The notes under the pieces are model-generated. The model searched no databases. It was not told where the DNA came from and worked only from the letters and a program-made list of their open reading frames with translations. A stretch of 24,966 nucleotides of DNA, taken from positions 1 through 24,966 of the IMG/VR virus record IMGVR_UViG_3300017740_000077. One strand, given 5' to 3'. The translations under genes were made by a program, and so were the position numbers. This document shows, one piece after another, positions 9,444-17,045 of this stretch. The stretch's first letter is position 1. Each line of letters opens with the position of its first letter. This stretch comes from a virus (Duplodnaviria > Caudoviricetes).

Positions 9444-11651
9444 TTATTTTATAATTTTTGAGGTACTACCATCATTATTGTACTTTTTTATACCTAAATT
9501 TATTGTGGTTTTAATTCTTTTACTTACAGGAGCATATCTATTTTTATTACAAGCCATTATTGCAAGACCAGAACTAATTGATGCATCATGAGCGGTTCTA
9601 TTATTAATATTAAATCTCGCCCAATCCTCTAATGTTCTTTGAAAATACATATCCCCATAGCCTTCTCCTAAAAAACCAACTTTAGTTTCTATATAAGATT
9701 CTATTGCAGCGGCATGTGCTTGTTTAATATCTTCACTTGAATTAGGTATTCCACCAATTTCTTTTTCTGTTACAGATAATTTACTAAATTTTTTGTCGGG
9801 TCTATTCATTGAGAAGCCTCTGTAACCTCTTCTTTTAAAATGGTATAATAATCTTGGTTTATTATTTTCTGCTAGTATTGGCATCCCATAAAATACGCAT
9901 GCCATTAATACATCCTCAAAAAATATTTCTGCAGTTTGAGGGCGAGCTATATATTCTAAAAAAAATTGATCCAGCGGAGCGTCCTCCATTGAAAACTTTG
10001 TTAGTCCATGAAGTGCCCCATTTGAACCCCTCCTATCAACCGTACCAGAAATATCATAACTATCACAACCAAAAGCACCCAAGTGCTCATTGCCGGGGTA
10101 TTTAATTCCATTTTTTTCTATTGTTCTATTTTGAATATTATAAGAAGGTATCCAACTTATTTTAAATCTTCCTTGTTTATTAGGGTTAAATATAACTCTT
10201 GTATCAGCAATTCCGTTATACCATTGAAAATTTCCTTGTGTTATAACACTTGTATTTCTTAAATCATTATTATAATCTATTTGCTCGTAAATTTTACTTA
10301 AGTTAAATAATGATTGTTTAGCTTCATCTCTGAATGCATGATCTTCTGTTCTAGGAAATTGTCTATATAATTCATTTAAACTATCCTGATCATTTTTTAG
10401 TCCTTCAACTTCATTTTCCCAATGCTGTATTACCCCTACATCTATTTCTTCGTTGTCAATACCTTGGACGATTTGTTCCGGAGTTTCGAATACAGGAAAT
10501 CCATAAGTATCAATGAATCCCTCGTAGTTCCATTCCATAGGTATGAACAAACTATATAATCCTGAGCTAGTCTGTCCATTGCGGTTTCTTTTTGTAACAT
10601 CAGATTCGTAATATAGTTTTTTAAAATTTTTACCTCCTTTATCAAGTGAATTAGATGTTGATCCCATCATACACTTGCCTATAATTTTACTACCTAGTCT
10701 TAGCGTAGTTTTTGTTACTCTCCAATTGTTAAGAATATTATCAGGTCTTTCCCATTTTCCTGATTCATCATGTACTAACAATCTTAATTTTTCACCATCA
10801 TAACTATTATCTCCCGTATTTTTCCAATCAATAGTAGTATCTAAACCTTCTAGTATTTGTCTTTGACTGGTTTCGGTAATACTCTTTTTGGTAAACTTTG
10901 ATGCGGGGACTCTATATGCAAGTTCCGATTTTGGTCTGTCCATTCCGTCTTGGATTGGTTTGAAAAAAAACGGGTAGTTAACTGAGATTGGGACCACCTT
11001 GTCTGTGAACATTTTCTTTGCATCAGAACCAGATTTGGACAATATCCCAAACCGTGCGTCTGATGTAATTGTAGCCTGATGTACCGTCTCTGCTGAAGAC
11101 ATGAAGCTAAAACCGGACCTACGGTTTTTAAGATAGCACATTCCATAACACCGTTTATCGGCTTTGCAGGCTTCCCAAAAAATGAAGAAGAGTCTATTAG
11201 CTTCTCTGAAGTCTGGCTTCCCAACATCAATCTTGGTGTGTTGCAAGTACATATAATGAGAGCCAGTAATATAAGCAGCATCTTTATTATTAATAAACCA
11301 ATACCCCTCTTCTCTTCTAGTAAATTCTCTATTAATATAATCATACCATTTTTCTTTAAAATTACTAGGATAAGTTTCCCATTCAAATATACTTTTAATT
11401 TGATTTAATTCTTTTGGAAAAACGTGAGGTTGCCAAATATTATTATTATTTTCAACAACTTTAGGTGCTTTAGGTAAGGCTATTACTAAATTTTGTATTT
11501 GAATAATATCACCAATGGTACCATCTTTGCTTATAATAATTACGTCATGCTCTTTATTATAGCCATACTCCCATTTTTTATACCTATTATTTTTTTTTAT
11601 TATATTAGGTTTTATTGGGGAAACATTTTGAACCAATGTTTGCGCGTACAT
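9444..11651 (-). CDS. terL: Terminase large subunit (735 aa)
   Basis: Walker A-like LKNRRSGFS, Walker B LLVHDESGKW, coupling motif MGST, and an RNase H-like nuclease domain with GCDSYD and a C-terminal HDASISSG. Confidence 0.92.
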   Translation of the reverse strand: MYAQTLVQNVSPIKPNIIKKNNRYKKWEYGYNKEHDVIIISKDGTIGDIIQIQNLVIALPKAPKVVENNNNIWQPHVFPKELNQIKSIFEWETYPSNFKEKWYDYINREFTRREEGYWFINNKDAAYITGSHYMYLQHTKIDVGKPDFREANRLFFIFWEACKADKRCYGMCYLKNRRSGFSFMSSAETVHQATITSDARFGILSKSGSDAKKMFTDKVVPISVNYPFFFKPIQDGMDRPKSELAYRVPASKFTKKSITETSQRQILEGLDTTIDWKNTGDNSYDGEKLRLLVHDESGKWERPDNILNNWRVTKTTLRLGSKIIGKCMMGSTSNSLDKGGKNFKKLYYESDVTKRNRNGQTSSGLYSLFIPMEWNYEGFIDTYGFPVFETPEQIVQGIDNEEIDVGVIQHWENEVEGLKNDQDSLNELYRQFPRTEDHAFRDEAKQSLFNLSKIYEQIDYNNDLRNTSVITQGNFQWYNGIADTRVIFNPNKQGRFKISWIPSYNIQNRTIEKNGIKYPGNEHLGAFGCDSYDISGTVDRRGSNGALHGLTKFSMEDAPLDQFFLEYIARPQTAEIFFEDVLMACVFYGMPILAENNKPRLLYHFKRRGYRGFSMNRPDKKFSKLSVTEKEIGGIPNSSEDIKQAHAAAIESYIETKVGFLGEGYGDMYFQRTLEDWARFNINNRTAHDASISSGLAIMACNKNRYAPVSKRIKTTINLGIKKYNNDGSTSKIIK

Positions 11652-11923
11652 TATTTTGATCTTCTCTCAGCAAATCCGCTGAATGATTCTTTTTTTTCTA
11701 TTGGCTTATTTTCTAATAAACTTTTTTCAGCTTCAATACGTGTAAGTATTTCAAACGCATCAAATATTGCTAATTTTTTTGTTGCTGCTGCATTTTTTAA
11801 TCTATCTGCAGATATATCATCATCTCCTCCTGTAACAATTTTTTCTTCAGCTACTTTAATTAATTCTTTAACTGCTTTTTGCCCAGCTTGGATTATATTC
11901 AACTTCGTTTCCTTCGTATTCAT
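11651..11923 (-). CDS. Small helical protein immediately upstream of terL (candidate terminase small subunit, 90 aa)
   Basis: Its stop overlaps the terL ATG by 1 nt (TAATG), implying translational coupling. Predicted helical. The TerS assignment is positional only. Confidence 0.55.
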   Translation of the reverse strand: MNTKETKLNIIQAGQKAVKELIKVAEEKIVTGGDDDISADRLKNAAATKKLAIFDAFEILTRIEAEKSLLENKPIEKKESFSGFAERRSK

Positions 11924-12473
11924 ATTTAATTACTATATCATTAGATTGCATACAATAAAGTCTTTCATTATCAATAATAAAATCCCATTCACTGTTTGGT
12001 GTAAACCCAATTAAGTCTCCTGGATTGATTCCAGCAGCTTTTAAGGAGCTATTACCATATTTTAATATACCAACAAGCTTTTTTTCTTTATCAAGCGTTA
12101 AAACGTCCGTATCAACTATTGGTTTAACAAAACAACGTTCAGATATTGTATTCCATTTGTTATTTTGTTTATATAAATACATTTGTGTTATATCACAAAA
12201 ATATTGATTTTCTTTAAACCATGACCGGCTGTTTTGTTGCTTGCCTTTCATGTTATAAAACTTCCTAAAAACATTTTGATGAACAACAACTAAATCACCT
12301 TTTTTTATTTTAGTTGAATATGCTATAGGCGTTTCAATTACTAAAGCAATTCTATTTATTGCTTTCCAATTTTCAATAGATGTATTTAAAATTAATTTTT
12401 TATTGTTAATTTTAATTTCATTATTATATCTTTCGCCTGCGGGTTTTATTATAAAATCGTATATGCTTTTCAT
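11868..12473 (-). CDS. Co-chaperonin-like protein with two tandem GroES (Cpn10)-like domains (201 aa)
   Basis: Domain 1: DFIIKP...RIALVIETP...IKKGDLVVVH. Domain 2: ERCFVKP...VGILKYG...GINPGDLIGF...FIIDNERLYCMQSNDIVI, which follows the GroES pattern DRVLVK..G.VVAVG..VKVGD.VLF..IDGEEYLI.RE.DI. Confidence 0.7.
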   Translation of the reverse strand: MKSIYDFIIKPAGERYNNEIKINNKKLILNTSIENWKAINRIALVIETPIAYSTKIKKGDLVVVHQNVFRKFYNMKGKQQNSRSWFKENQYFCDITQMYLYKQNNKWNTISERCFVKPIVDTDVLTLDKEKKLVGILKYGNSSLKAAGINPGDLIGFTPNSEWDFIIDNERLYCMQSNDIVIKYEYEGNEVEYNPSWAKSS

Positions 12474-12701
12474 TTAATATTGTAGATCATATTCTACAGA
12501 AATAGTCATGTTAGAATTAAACTTTTTCCAAGGCATAATTTCATTATTTTTTTTAATATGAATATTATATGAACTATCTTGATCTTCAAATAAAATGTAA
12601 GCTATTTCATGGCCTCCATAAACTTGCTGCCCTATAGCATAATGCATAGCTTCATTTTTATAATCAGCTCCAATACTTATTTTTCTAATAATAGAAGACA
12701 T
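12474..12701 (-). CDS. Hypothetical phage protein (75 aa, beta-rich)
   Basis: Tightly abutting ORF with 0-2 nt gaps to both neighbours. Confidence 0.7.
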   Translation of the reverse strand: MSSIIRKISIGADYKNEAMHYAIGQQVYGGHEIAYILFEDQDSSYNIHIKKNNEIMPWKKFNSNMTISVEYDLQY

Positions 12702-12703
12702 TA

Positions 12704-12961
12704 TTATTCTTTGTTTTCTTCTTCAACTATTTCAGTATAAGAACCATCTTCGATATTAATTCTTATTCTACCGTATTTAGTTTCAAGCTCTTGTTTAAAT
12801 TCTTCAATTTCTTGGCTAAGCCCAGCTTGCTGATGCAATAATGCATGTTTTTGAGATTCTAATTGCCCTATAGCTTTTATAGTATCACTTAAGGTTTCTT
12901 GTTGTTTTTGAATTTTTTCTAATTCTTCTGTAGATATAGATGTTGTTTCTACTTTTTTCAT
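12704..12961 (-). CDS. Hypothetical coiled-coil protein (85 aa)
   Basis: Heptad-like E/Q/K/L helix followed by KYGRIRINIEDGSY; A-rich start context. Confidence 0.7.
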   Translation of the reverse strand: MKKVETTSISTEELEKIQKQQETLSDTIKAIGQLESQKHALLHQQAGLSQEIEEFKQELETKYGRIRINIEDGSYTEIVEEENKE

Positions 12962-12999
12962 TTTATTAAATTTAATTGTTATTTGTAAATATAATTATT

Positions 13000-13380
13000 T
13001 TATTTTGTTTTGTCTTTTATTTTTTCAAAAGTTCGTAGGCCGCCAAGACCAAGCATGCCTAATAAAACTGTCATTAAATGTTCCATTTGTAAAGCAGGTG
13101 GAATATCCATGGGTTTTAATATCCATATAAACAAATCACGAACAATAAAATTATATGCTAAAGCAATTCCGCAAATCCATCCAATAAATGGTCGCCAACC
13201 AGCAACAAATATACTACGATGACCTGCTTCAATTTCATTGATTTTAGTTTGTAAAGATATTAACTCATTAGGATCTAACTCTTTACCTTTTATTGCTTCT
13301 CGTATATCCCAAGCTAAATTACCTATTGGAGTTTTACCTCCACGCCCACCTTTTAATAATCCAAGCAATACTTGCCACAT
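13000..13380 (-). CDS. Holin, 3TM / gene-transfer-agent holin family (126 aa)
   Basis: Signature S.FVAGWRPFIGWICG and LLGMLGLGGLRTFEK, with hydrophobic segments and a basic C-terminus. Confidence 0.85.
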   Translation of the reverse strand: MWQVLLGLLKGGRGGKTPIGNLAWDIREAIKGKELDPNELISLQTKINEIEAGHRSIFVAGWRPFIGWICGIALAYNFIVRDLFIWILKPMDIPPALQMEHLMTVLLGMLGLGGLRTFEKIKDKTK

Positions 13381-13383
13381 AAT

Positions 13384-13866
13384 TTATTTTTTTGCTGAGC
13401 CTCCTATATTCATTCTTTTTATTCTAAGCTCTTGTAGTCTATTCATTTTAGAAATATCTCCCGATTGCATTCCTCTTTTTTTAGCAATACTTGAAATTCT
13501 TTTAGCTTGATCTGGATCTGTTCTAGTTAATCTATTAAAAGCATCTGCAGATTTTTGAGCTTGAAATTGAGTTAAGCGATCACGACCAGGTTTAGATGGC
13601 GTTGATTGTCTACCCGACATTTTTGTTTCAAATTCTTTTTTTAGTGATTCTAATGTGCGAGCTGATCCTCCTGTTTCGCCTTTTATATCGGATTTAAAGC
13701 CTTTTGGAATTGGATTACCAAATTCATCTACTTTTGGTTTTGGATGTCCATCTATATGATTAAATAAAGCACTAGACTCCATTTTTTTAATTGCATTATT
13801 TCTAAATGGAGTTCCGTCTGAGGTAGCTCTATTATCAATAGGCATATATTTTAAATCTTTATTCAT
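13384..13866 (-). CDS. Basic low-complexity protein (160 aa)
   Basis: Start reassigned to MNKDLKYMP (ATG at 13866, after an A-run). This removes the overlap with the upstream gene that the longer ORF-track version has. Confidence 0.65.
   Translation of the reverse strand: MNKDLKYMPIDNRATSDGTPFRNNAIKKMESSALFNHIDGHPKPKVDEFGNPIPKGFKSDIKGETGGSARTLESLKKEFETKMSGRQSTPSKPGRDRLTQFQAQKSADAFNRLTRTDPDQAKRISSIAKKRGMQSGDISKMNRLQELRIKRMNIGGSAKK
13827..13858. repeat. 32-nt imperfect direct repeat, copy 1 (encodes DLKYMPIDNR)
   Basis: ctctattatcaataggcatatattttaaatct; 28/32 identical to 14475-14506. Confidence 0.75.
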
Positions 13867-13876
13867 TTTTTTTATA

Positions 13877-14191
13877 TTAAGTTGTTTTATCGTATGCTTC
13901 TTTTTCCCAAGGTAAATTTGAAGCACCTTCTTTCATTGTTGCACGTGGGTATCTTTTACCTTTCCAAAATACTGCTGAGTCATTATAATCTAAATCACCA
14001 CGACGCATTTGATCTAAATGAACTTGCTCGTGGTTTATAACACTTTTTAACTGCTCTTTGTCAGTAATATCTTTATTAACTAAAATACTACCATTACGAT
14101 TAGCCTTACCTAAAATACCACTACCTAAATCTACATTATAAATAGGAGTATTATCAATAGTATATGGTGGGTTATTTAAACTGAATGCCAC
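13877..14191 (-). CDS. Minimal zincin-like metallopeptidase (HExxH), 104 aa
   Basis: GTG start. ILGKANRNGSILVN strand, VINHEQVHLDQ zinc motif and a downstream PWEKEAY helix that could supply the third Glu ligand. Confidence 0.7.
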   Translation of the reverse strand: MAFSLNNPPYTIDNTPIYNVDLGSGILGKANRNGSILVNKDITDKEQLKSVINHEQVHLDQMRRGDLDYNDSAVFWKGKRYPRATMKEGASNLPWEKEAYDKTT

Positions 14192-14354
14192 TTTTTTGTT
14201 GTTGTTTATATGGGAACATTTTATTTAATGCTTCTTTGCGATGACTACACCCACACGGAATGTTTAATCCTTCCGAAACTCTATCTACGATGGTTTTAAT
14301 ACCTGTAGCTTTTGTAATTTTTTCTACGGTATCCCCAAATCCTTTTGATTGCAT
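14172..14354 (-). CDS. Small phage protein with CGC motif (60 aa)
   Basis: SKGFGDTVEKITKATGIK...PCGCSHRKEALNKMFPY; fits the gene tiling and resembles a recurrent phage hypothetical. Confidence 0.7.
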   Translation of the reverse strand: MQSKGFGDTVEKITKATGIKTIVDRVSEGLNIPCGCSHRKEALNKMFPYKQQQKSGIQFK

Positions 14355-14358
14355 TTAA

Positions 14359-14673
14359 TTATTTTTTTGAATTAGCTGGCTTTCCTATTTTTGAGCCATA
14401 TCCTTTATTTAGGTTAGACATAGGGCTTTTGACTTCTGGTTTATAACCTTTGTTAACATTAGAAAGAGCAGATCCTCTATTATCAACAGGCATATCACTT
14501 AAATCTCTAGCAGCTTGTTTAGCCGCGGCTTCTTTACTCAGTCCTTGAGCTTTATATTCAGCCATTTTTCCACCAAAAGCATTACCATTTAAAGGCGCTC
14601 CAAATTTGTTATTGTCTGTTACGCCCTTCATACTTAAAGGGTGTTTTTTTTGGTTGTATCCCATTTTTTTCAT
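14359..14673 (-). CDS. Basic low-complexity protein with internal repeat (104 aa)
   Basis: Tiles with 4-nt gaps; contains SALSNVNKGY and SPMSNLNKGY. Confidence 0.65.
   Translation of the reverse strand: MKKMGYNQKKHPLSMKGVTDNNKFGAPLNGNAFGGKMAEYKAQGLSKEAAAKQAARDLSDMPVDNRGSALSNVNKGYKPEVKSPMSNLNKGYGSKIGKPANSKK
14475..14506. repeat. 32-nt imperfect direct repeat, copy 2 (encodes DLSDMPVDNR)
   Basis: ctctattatcaacaggcatatcacttaaatct; 28/32 identical to 13827-13858. Confidence 0.75.
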
Positions 14674-14677
14674 AATA

Positions 14678-14893
14678 TTAAAATTTATGCATATGTTTAG
14701 TTAAAAATGTGTGATCATGCTTTATGTCACCTGCTAATTTTGAAATATGTTTTTCATCGGCTGTTTGATTAATATCTTTATATTTACCACCTTTACGCTG
14801 ATCATCAAGTACATCTCTTTTTAAATAATCAATGTGAGCTTTATCATCTCTCATCGCAGCACGTACATTACCTTTAGTTATTTTAGTTCCCAT
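14678..14893 (-). CDS. Small His/Asp-rich protein (71 aa)
   Basis: Tiles between neighbours; carries a repeated DxxHIxxLxxD. Confidence 0.65.
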   Translation of the reverse strand: MGTKITKGNVRAAMRDDKAHIDYLKRDVLDDQRKGGKYKDINQTADEKHISKLAGDIKHDHTFLTKHMHKF

Positions 14894-14914
14894 TTGTTTA
14901 GTTTTAATTATTAA

Positions 14915-15097
14915 TTATTTTTTGCAACCAAAGTTATTTGCATAGTTAGCCATTTCCCTAACGTCTTTACTATACTTACCTTTTTTTGCTTTCATTACTG
15001 CTGTGGCAGCAGAACACGCATCTTTAAAACCATTAGCTTTTGCCCAGGTTGTAAATTTACCTCTATTTGCTTTTTTAATTTGTGGAAATTTTTTCAT
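14915..15097 (-). CDS. Small basic protein (60 aa, MKKFPQIKKANRGKFTTWAK...)
   Basis: Start reassigned to the internal ATG at 15097, 10 nt after the stop of the 106-aa gene. Confidence 0.65.
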   Translation of the reverse strand: MKKFPQIKKANRGKFTTWAKANGFKDACSAATAVMKAKKGKYSKDVREMANYANNFGCKK

Positions 15098-15107
15098 AAT
15101 ATTTGTT

Positions 15108-15428
15108 TTAGCAGTTCCATCGACGTCTTGCAGCACGACCTCTTTCAGATTTCCATCCTTTAGATCTAGCACAAAATGATTTACGTCTTTTCCAAGCTTT
15201 ACTTCCTTTTTTAAGTTTTTTAGGGTCTTTAGTAACTGCTGTTTGCAGTTTACTACCTGGATTATCTCTTTTATATTTTTTAACACCTTTTTCAGACATT
15301 CCTCCGCCCGCAGCTGCTCCAGTTCCAGATTTGTTTGCTTTATTATAATAGCCTAATGACTTCTTTTTAGAAGGAGCTGGCGGCTTTGATTTTTTAAGGA
15401 AAGGTGAATTTGTTTGTACGTAAGGCAT
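15108..15428 (-). CDS. Highly basic phage protein, DUF6321-like (106 aa)
   Basis: GGMSEKGVKKYKRDNPGSKLQTAVT...RRKSFCARSKG...ARRRWNC, a pattern I recall from DUF6321 phage proteins. It overlaps the endolysin stop by 1 nt. Confidence 0.65.
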   Translation of the reverse strand: MPYVQTNSPFLKKSKPPAPSKKKSLGYYNKANKSGTGAAAGGGMSEKGVKKYKRDNPGSKLQTAVTKDPKKLKKGSKAWKRRKSFCARSKGWKSERGRAARRRWNC

Positions 15429-15895
15429 TATATTATTTTATATTGTGTTTTACCTTTAGTTCTAAAGGCTTGTAATACTCTTTTTCTATTTTCCATTTCA
15501 GATATAAAACTAAAATGTACCCAATCAGGATTATGAGAATCTCCATATTCCCATATTAATTGATCGAAATCTAAATTATCTTTTATAAAATGAAACATTT
15601 CAGCATTTGACTTATAATTATATATATCATCAACATCAATTGCTCTTCCTTCACAATGTTGCGATCGGGAACTTCCCCCAATAGCTTTATTTAATTCTTC
15701 ACACCGAAAAAATGACGTTACTTTTATTGGTCCTTTTACCCATTGTCTTAGTGGTTCAAAAACTTTTTCTGCAACTTGACTCATGTTCTGAAGTTGATAT
15801 TCTGTAGGAATGTTTTCAATTCCTTTACGTATTGCGGTTGAAGATTTTATAGATTCATTGTAAGTTATATGTTCACTAATATACTTACTTTTCAT
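15428..15895 (-). CDS. Endolysin, peptidase M15 (M15A-type zinc peptidase), 155 aa
   Basis: TSFFRCEELNKAIGG, SQH-x6-D (SQHCEGRAID), FDQLIWE and WVHFS supply the His/Asp/His zinc ligands typical of M15 peptidases. Confidence 0.88.
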   Translation of the reverse strand: MKSKYISEHITYNESIKSSTAIRKGIENIPTEYQLQNMSQVAEKVFEPLRQWVKGPIKVTSFFRCEELNKAIGGSSRSQHCEGRAIDVDDIYNYKSNAEMFHFIKDNLDFDQLIWEYGDSHNPDWVHFSFISEMENRKRVLQAFRTKGKTQYKII

Positions 15896-15900
15896 ATTAC

Positions 15901-16053
15901 CTATTTTTTATTAGTTTTACCCATAATATACCACTTATGAATAGTGTAACCTATAGTAAGAAGTAGTAAGGTTATTTTTAAATAAGCATCTATGCTCATC
16001 AGCGATACCATAAGTGAAGTACCGTTTATAAGGTAAAGCTTTAAATCTGTCAT
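15901..16053 (-). CDS. Small membrane protein, holin/antiholin candidate (50 aa)
   Basis: Not in the ORF track. My translation: MTDLKLYLINGTSLMVSLMSIDAYLKITLLLLTIGYTIHKWYIMGKTNKK. It has two hydrophobic stretches and a basic tail, fills the gap exactly and ends 5 nt before the endolysin ATG. Confidence 0.7.
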   Translation of the reverse strand: MTDLKLYLINGTSLMVSLMSIDAYLKITLLLLTIGYTIHKWYIMGKTNKK

Positions 16054-16060
16054 TGTCGAT

Positions 16061-16333
16061 TTAAAATTTAGCATTACCTGTATATCTTTTTACAGACTTT
16101 AAGGCATTTGCATCACCGCCTTTATTAGCTTGTGCTATTGAAGTTATAGGAGTTCCAGCTGGATAAGTTTTAGTTGGATATTTTGAAACTTCCATCCCAT
16201 TAATACCACTACTAGAGCCCGGTCCATGTTGACGCCCATCTTGGTTTAATGGTCCATCCCATATATGTGATTCGCCTACTATACCTACTTTTTTATTTTT
16301 AGAGGCTACTGTGTATGCTTTATCTTGTTTCAT
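16061..16333 (-). CDS. Hypothetical protein (90 aa)
   Basis: Tiles with short gaps; A-rich start. Confidence 0.65.
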   Translation of the reverse strand: MKQDKAYTVASKNKKVGIVGESHIWDGPLNQDGRQHGPGSSSGINGMEVSKYPTKTYPAGTPITSIAQANKGGDANALKSVKRYTGNAKF

Positions 16334-16342
16334 TTTGTTTAT

Positions 16343-16597
16343 TTAAAATTGTTGTATATCATTTTGTTGTTCTTCTATTGATGGTATTTGCCTATCAAAT
16401 GAATTTGGTATTGGTTGTCCAAATATTTGAGCTCCAGTTTGCATTTCTCTCGGAGTAAATGGAGATGGAGGTATAGCAGGGCCAACACTTGCTTGTCCTG
16501 GAATTGGCATAATCCCTTGAATATCAGCTGAACGGCGGGCTATCCCAGAAGGATCAACTGCACCTAAATAGCTAAATGCTGATTCGTCTTTTTTCAT
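16343..16597 (-). CDS. Pro/Gln-rich hypothetical protein (84 aa)
   Basis: Probable start MKKDESAF at 16597, 1 nt after the upstream stop; alternative start at 16615. Confidence 0.6.
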   Translation of the reverse strand: MKKDESAFSYLGAVDPSGIARRSADIQGIMPIPGQASVGPAIPPSPFTPREMQTGAQIFGQPIPNSFDRQIPSIEEQQNDIQQF

Positions 16598-16598
16598 A

Positions 16599-17045
16599 TT
16601 ATCTGTTTTTATCATTATTTACATTTTTTATTGCAGTTTGCAAAACAATATCGGTGTAAGTTTTACCCCTTATAATTGAATTTCTTTTTTCACTACTTGG
16701 AATGTCTTCTTCGCCTAGCATAATACGGTACATCCTACTTATTAGCTGTTTGCACTTAAATGAAACTTTGTATATGTTATATTTTTGAGTGGTTTGATTC
16801 CGACGTCTCCATACTTCAATCCAACCCTCTTTCAATAATCTGTTCCAGCGCTTATTATCCCAGCTGTAAGCGTACGTACCTATTTTATAATCTTGTTTTG
16901 TAAATAATTTAGTGCAATCAAAATAAATTAAAAGCTCTAAATCAGCATCATTTAAATTATTATTACGACAAGCCCATTTTCTAATTATTCTATAATGTTT
17001 GAGCAAGCTTATATCTCTTAATTTACTTGCTTCTAATCTTTTCAT
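16599..17045 (-). CDS. Basic protein, possible winged-helix DNA-binding fold (148 aa)
   Basis: NNNLNDADLELLIYF...RLLKEGWIEVW...YKVSFKCKQLI follows the MarR-like wHTH pattern. ATGA overlap with the groES stop. Confidence 0.55.
   Translation of the reverse strand: MKRLEASKLRDISLLKHYRIIRKWACRNNNLNDADLELLIYFDCTKLFTKQDYKIGTYAYSWDNKRWNRLLKEGWIEVWRRRNQTTQKYNIYKVSFKCKQLISRMYRIMLGEEDIPSSEKRNSIIRGKTYTDIVLQTAIKNVNNDKNR

Noticed and set aside
9444-11651. Intron or intein in terminase, portal or capsid genes
   Set aside because: The ORFs are continuous, of expected size, and show no homing endonuclease or intein motifs.
12704-12961. 85-aa coiled coil as a prefoldin-like partner of the chaperonin
   Set aside because: Prefoldin has a central beta hairpin between two helices, whereas here the hairpin is C-terminal. 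Proximity to the GroES-like gene is not enough.
13867-13926. Longer N-termini from the ORF track for 13384-13926 and 14915-15286
   Set aside because: They overlap upstream genes heavily. Internal ATGs at 13866 and 15097 give clean tiling with A-rich start contexts.
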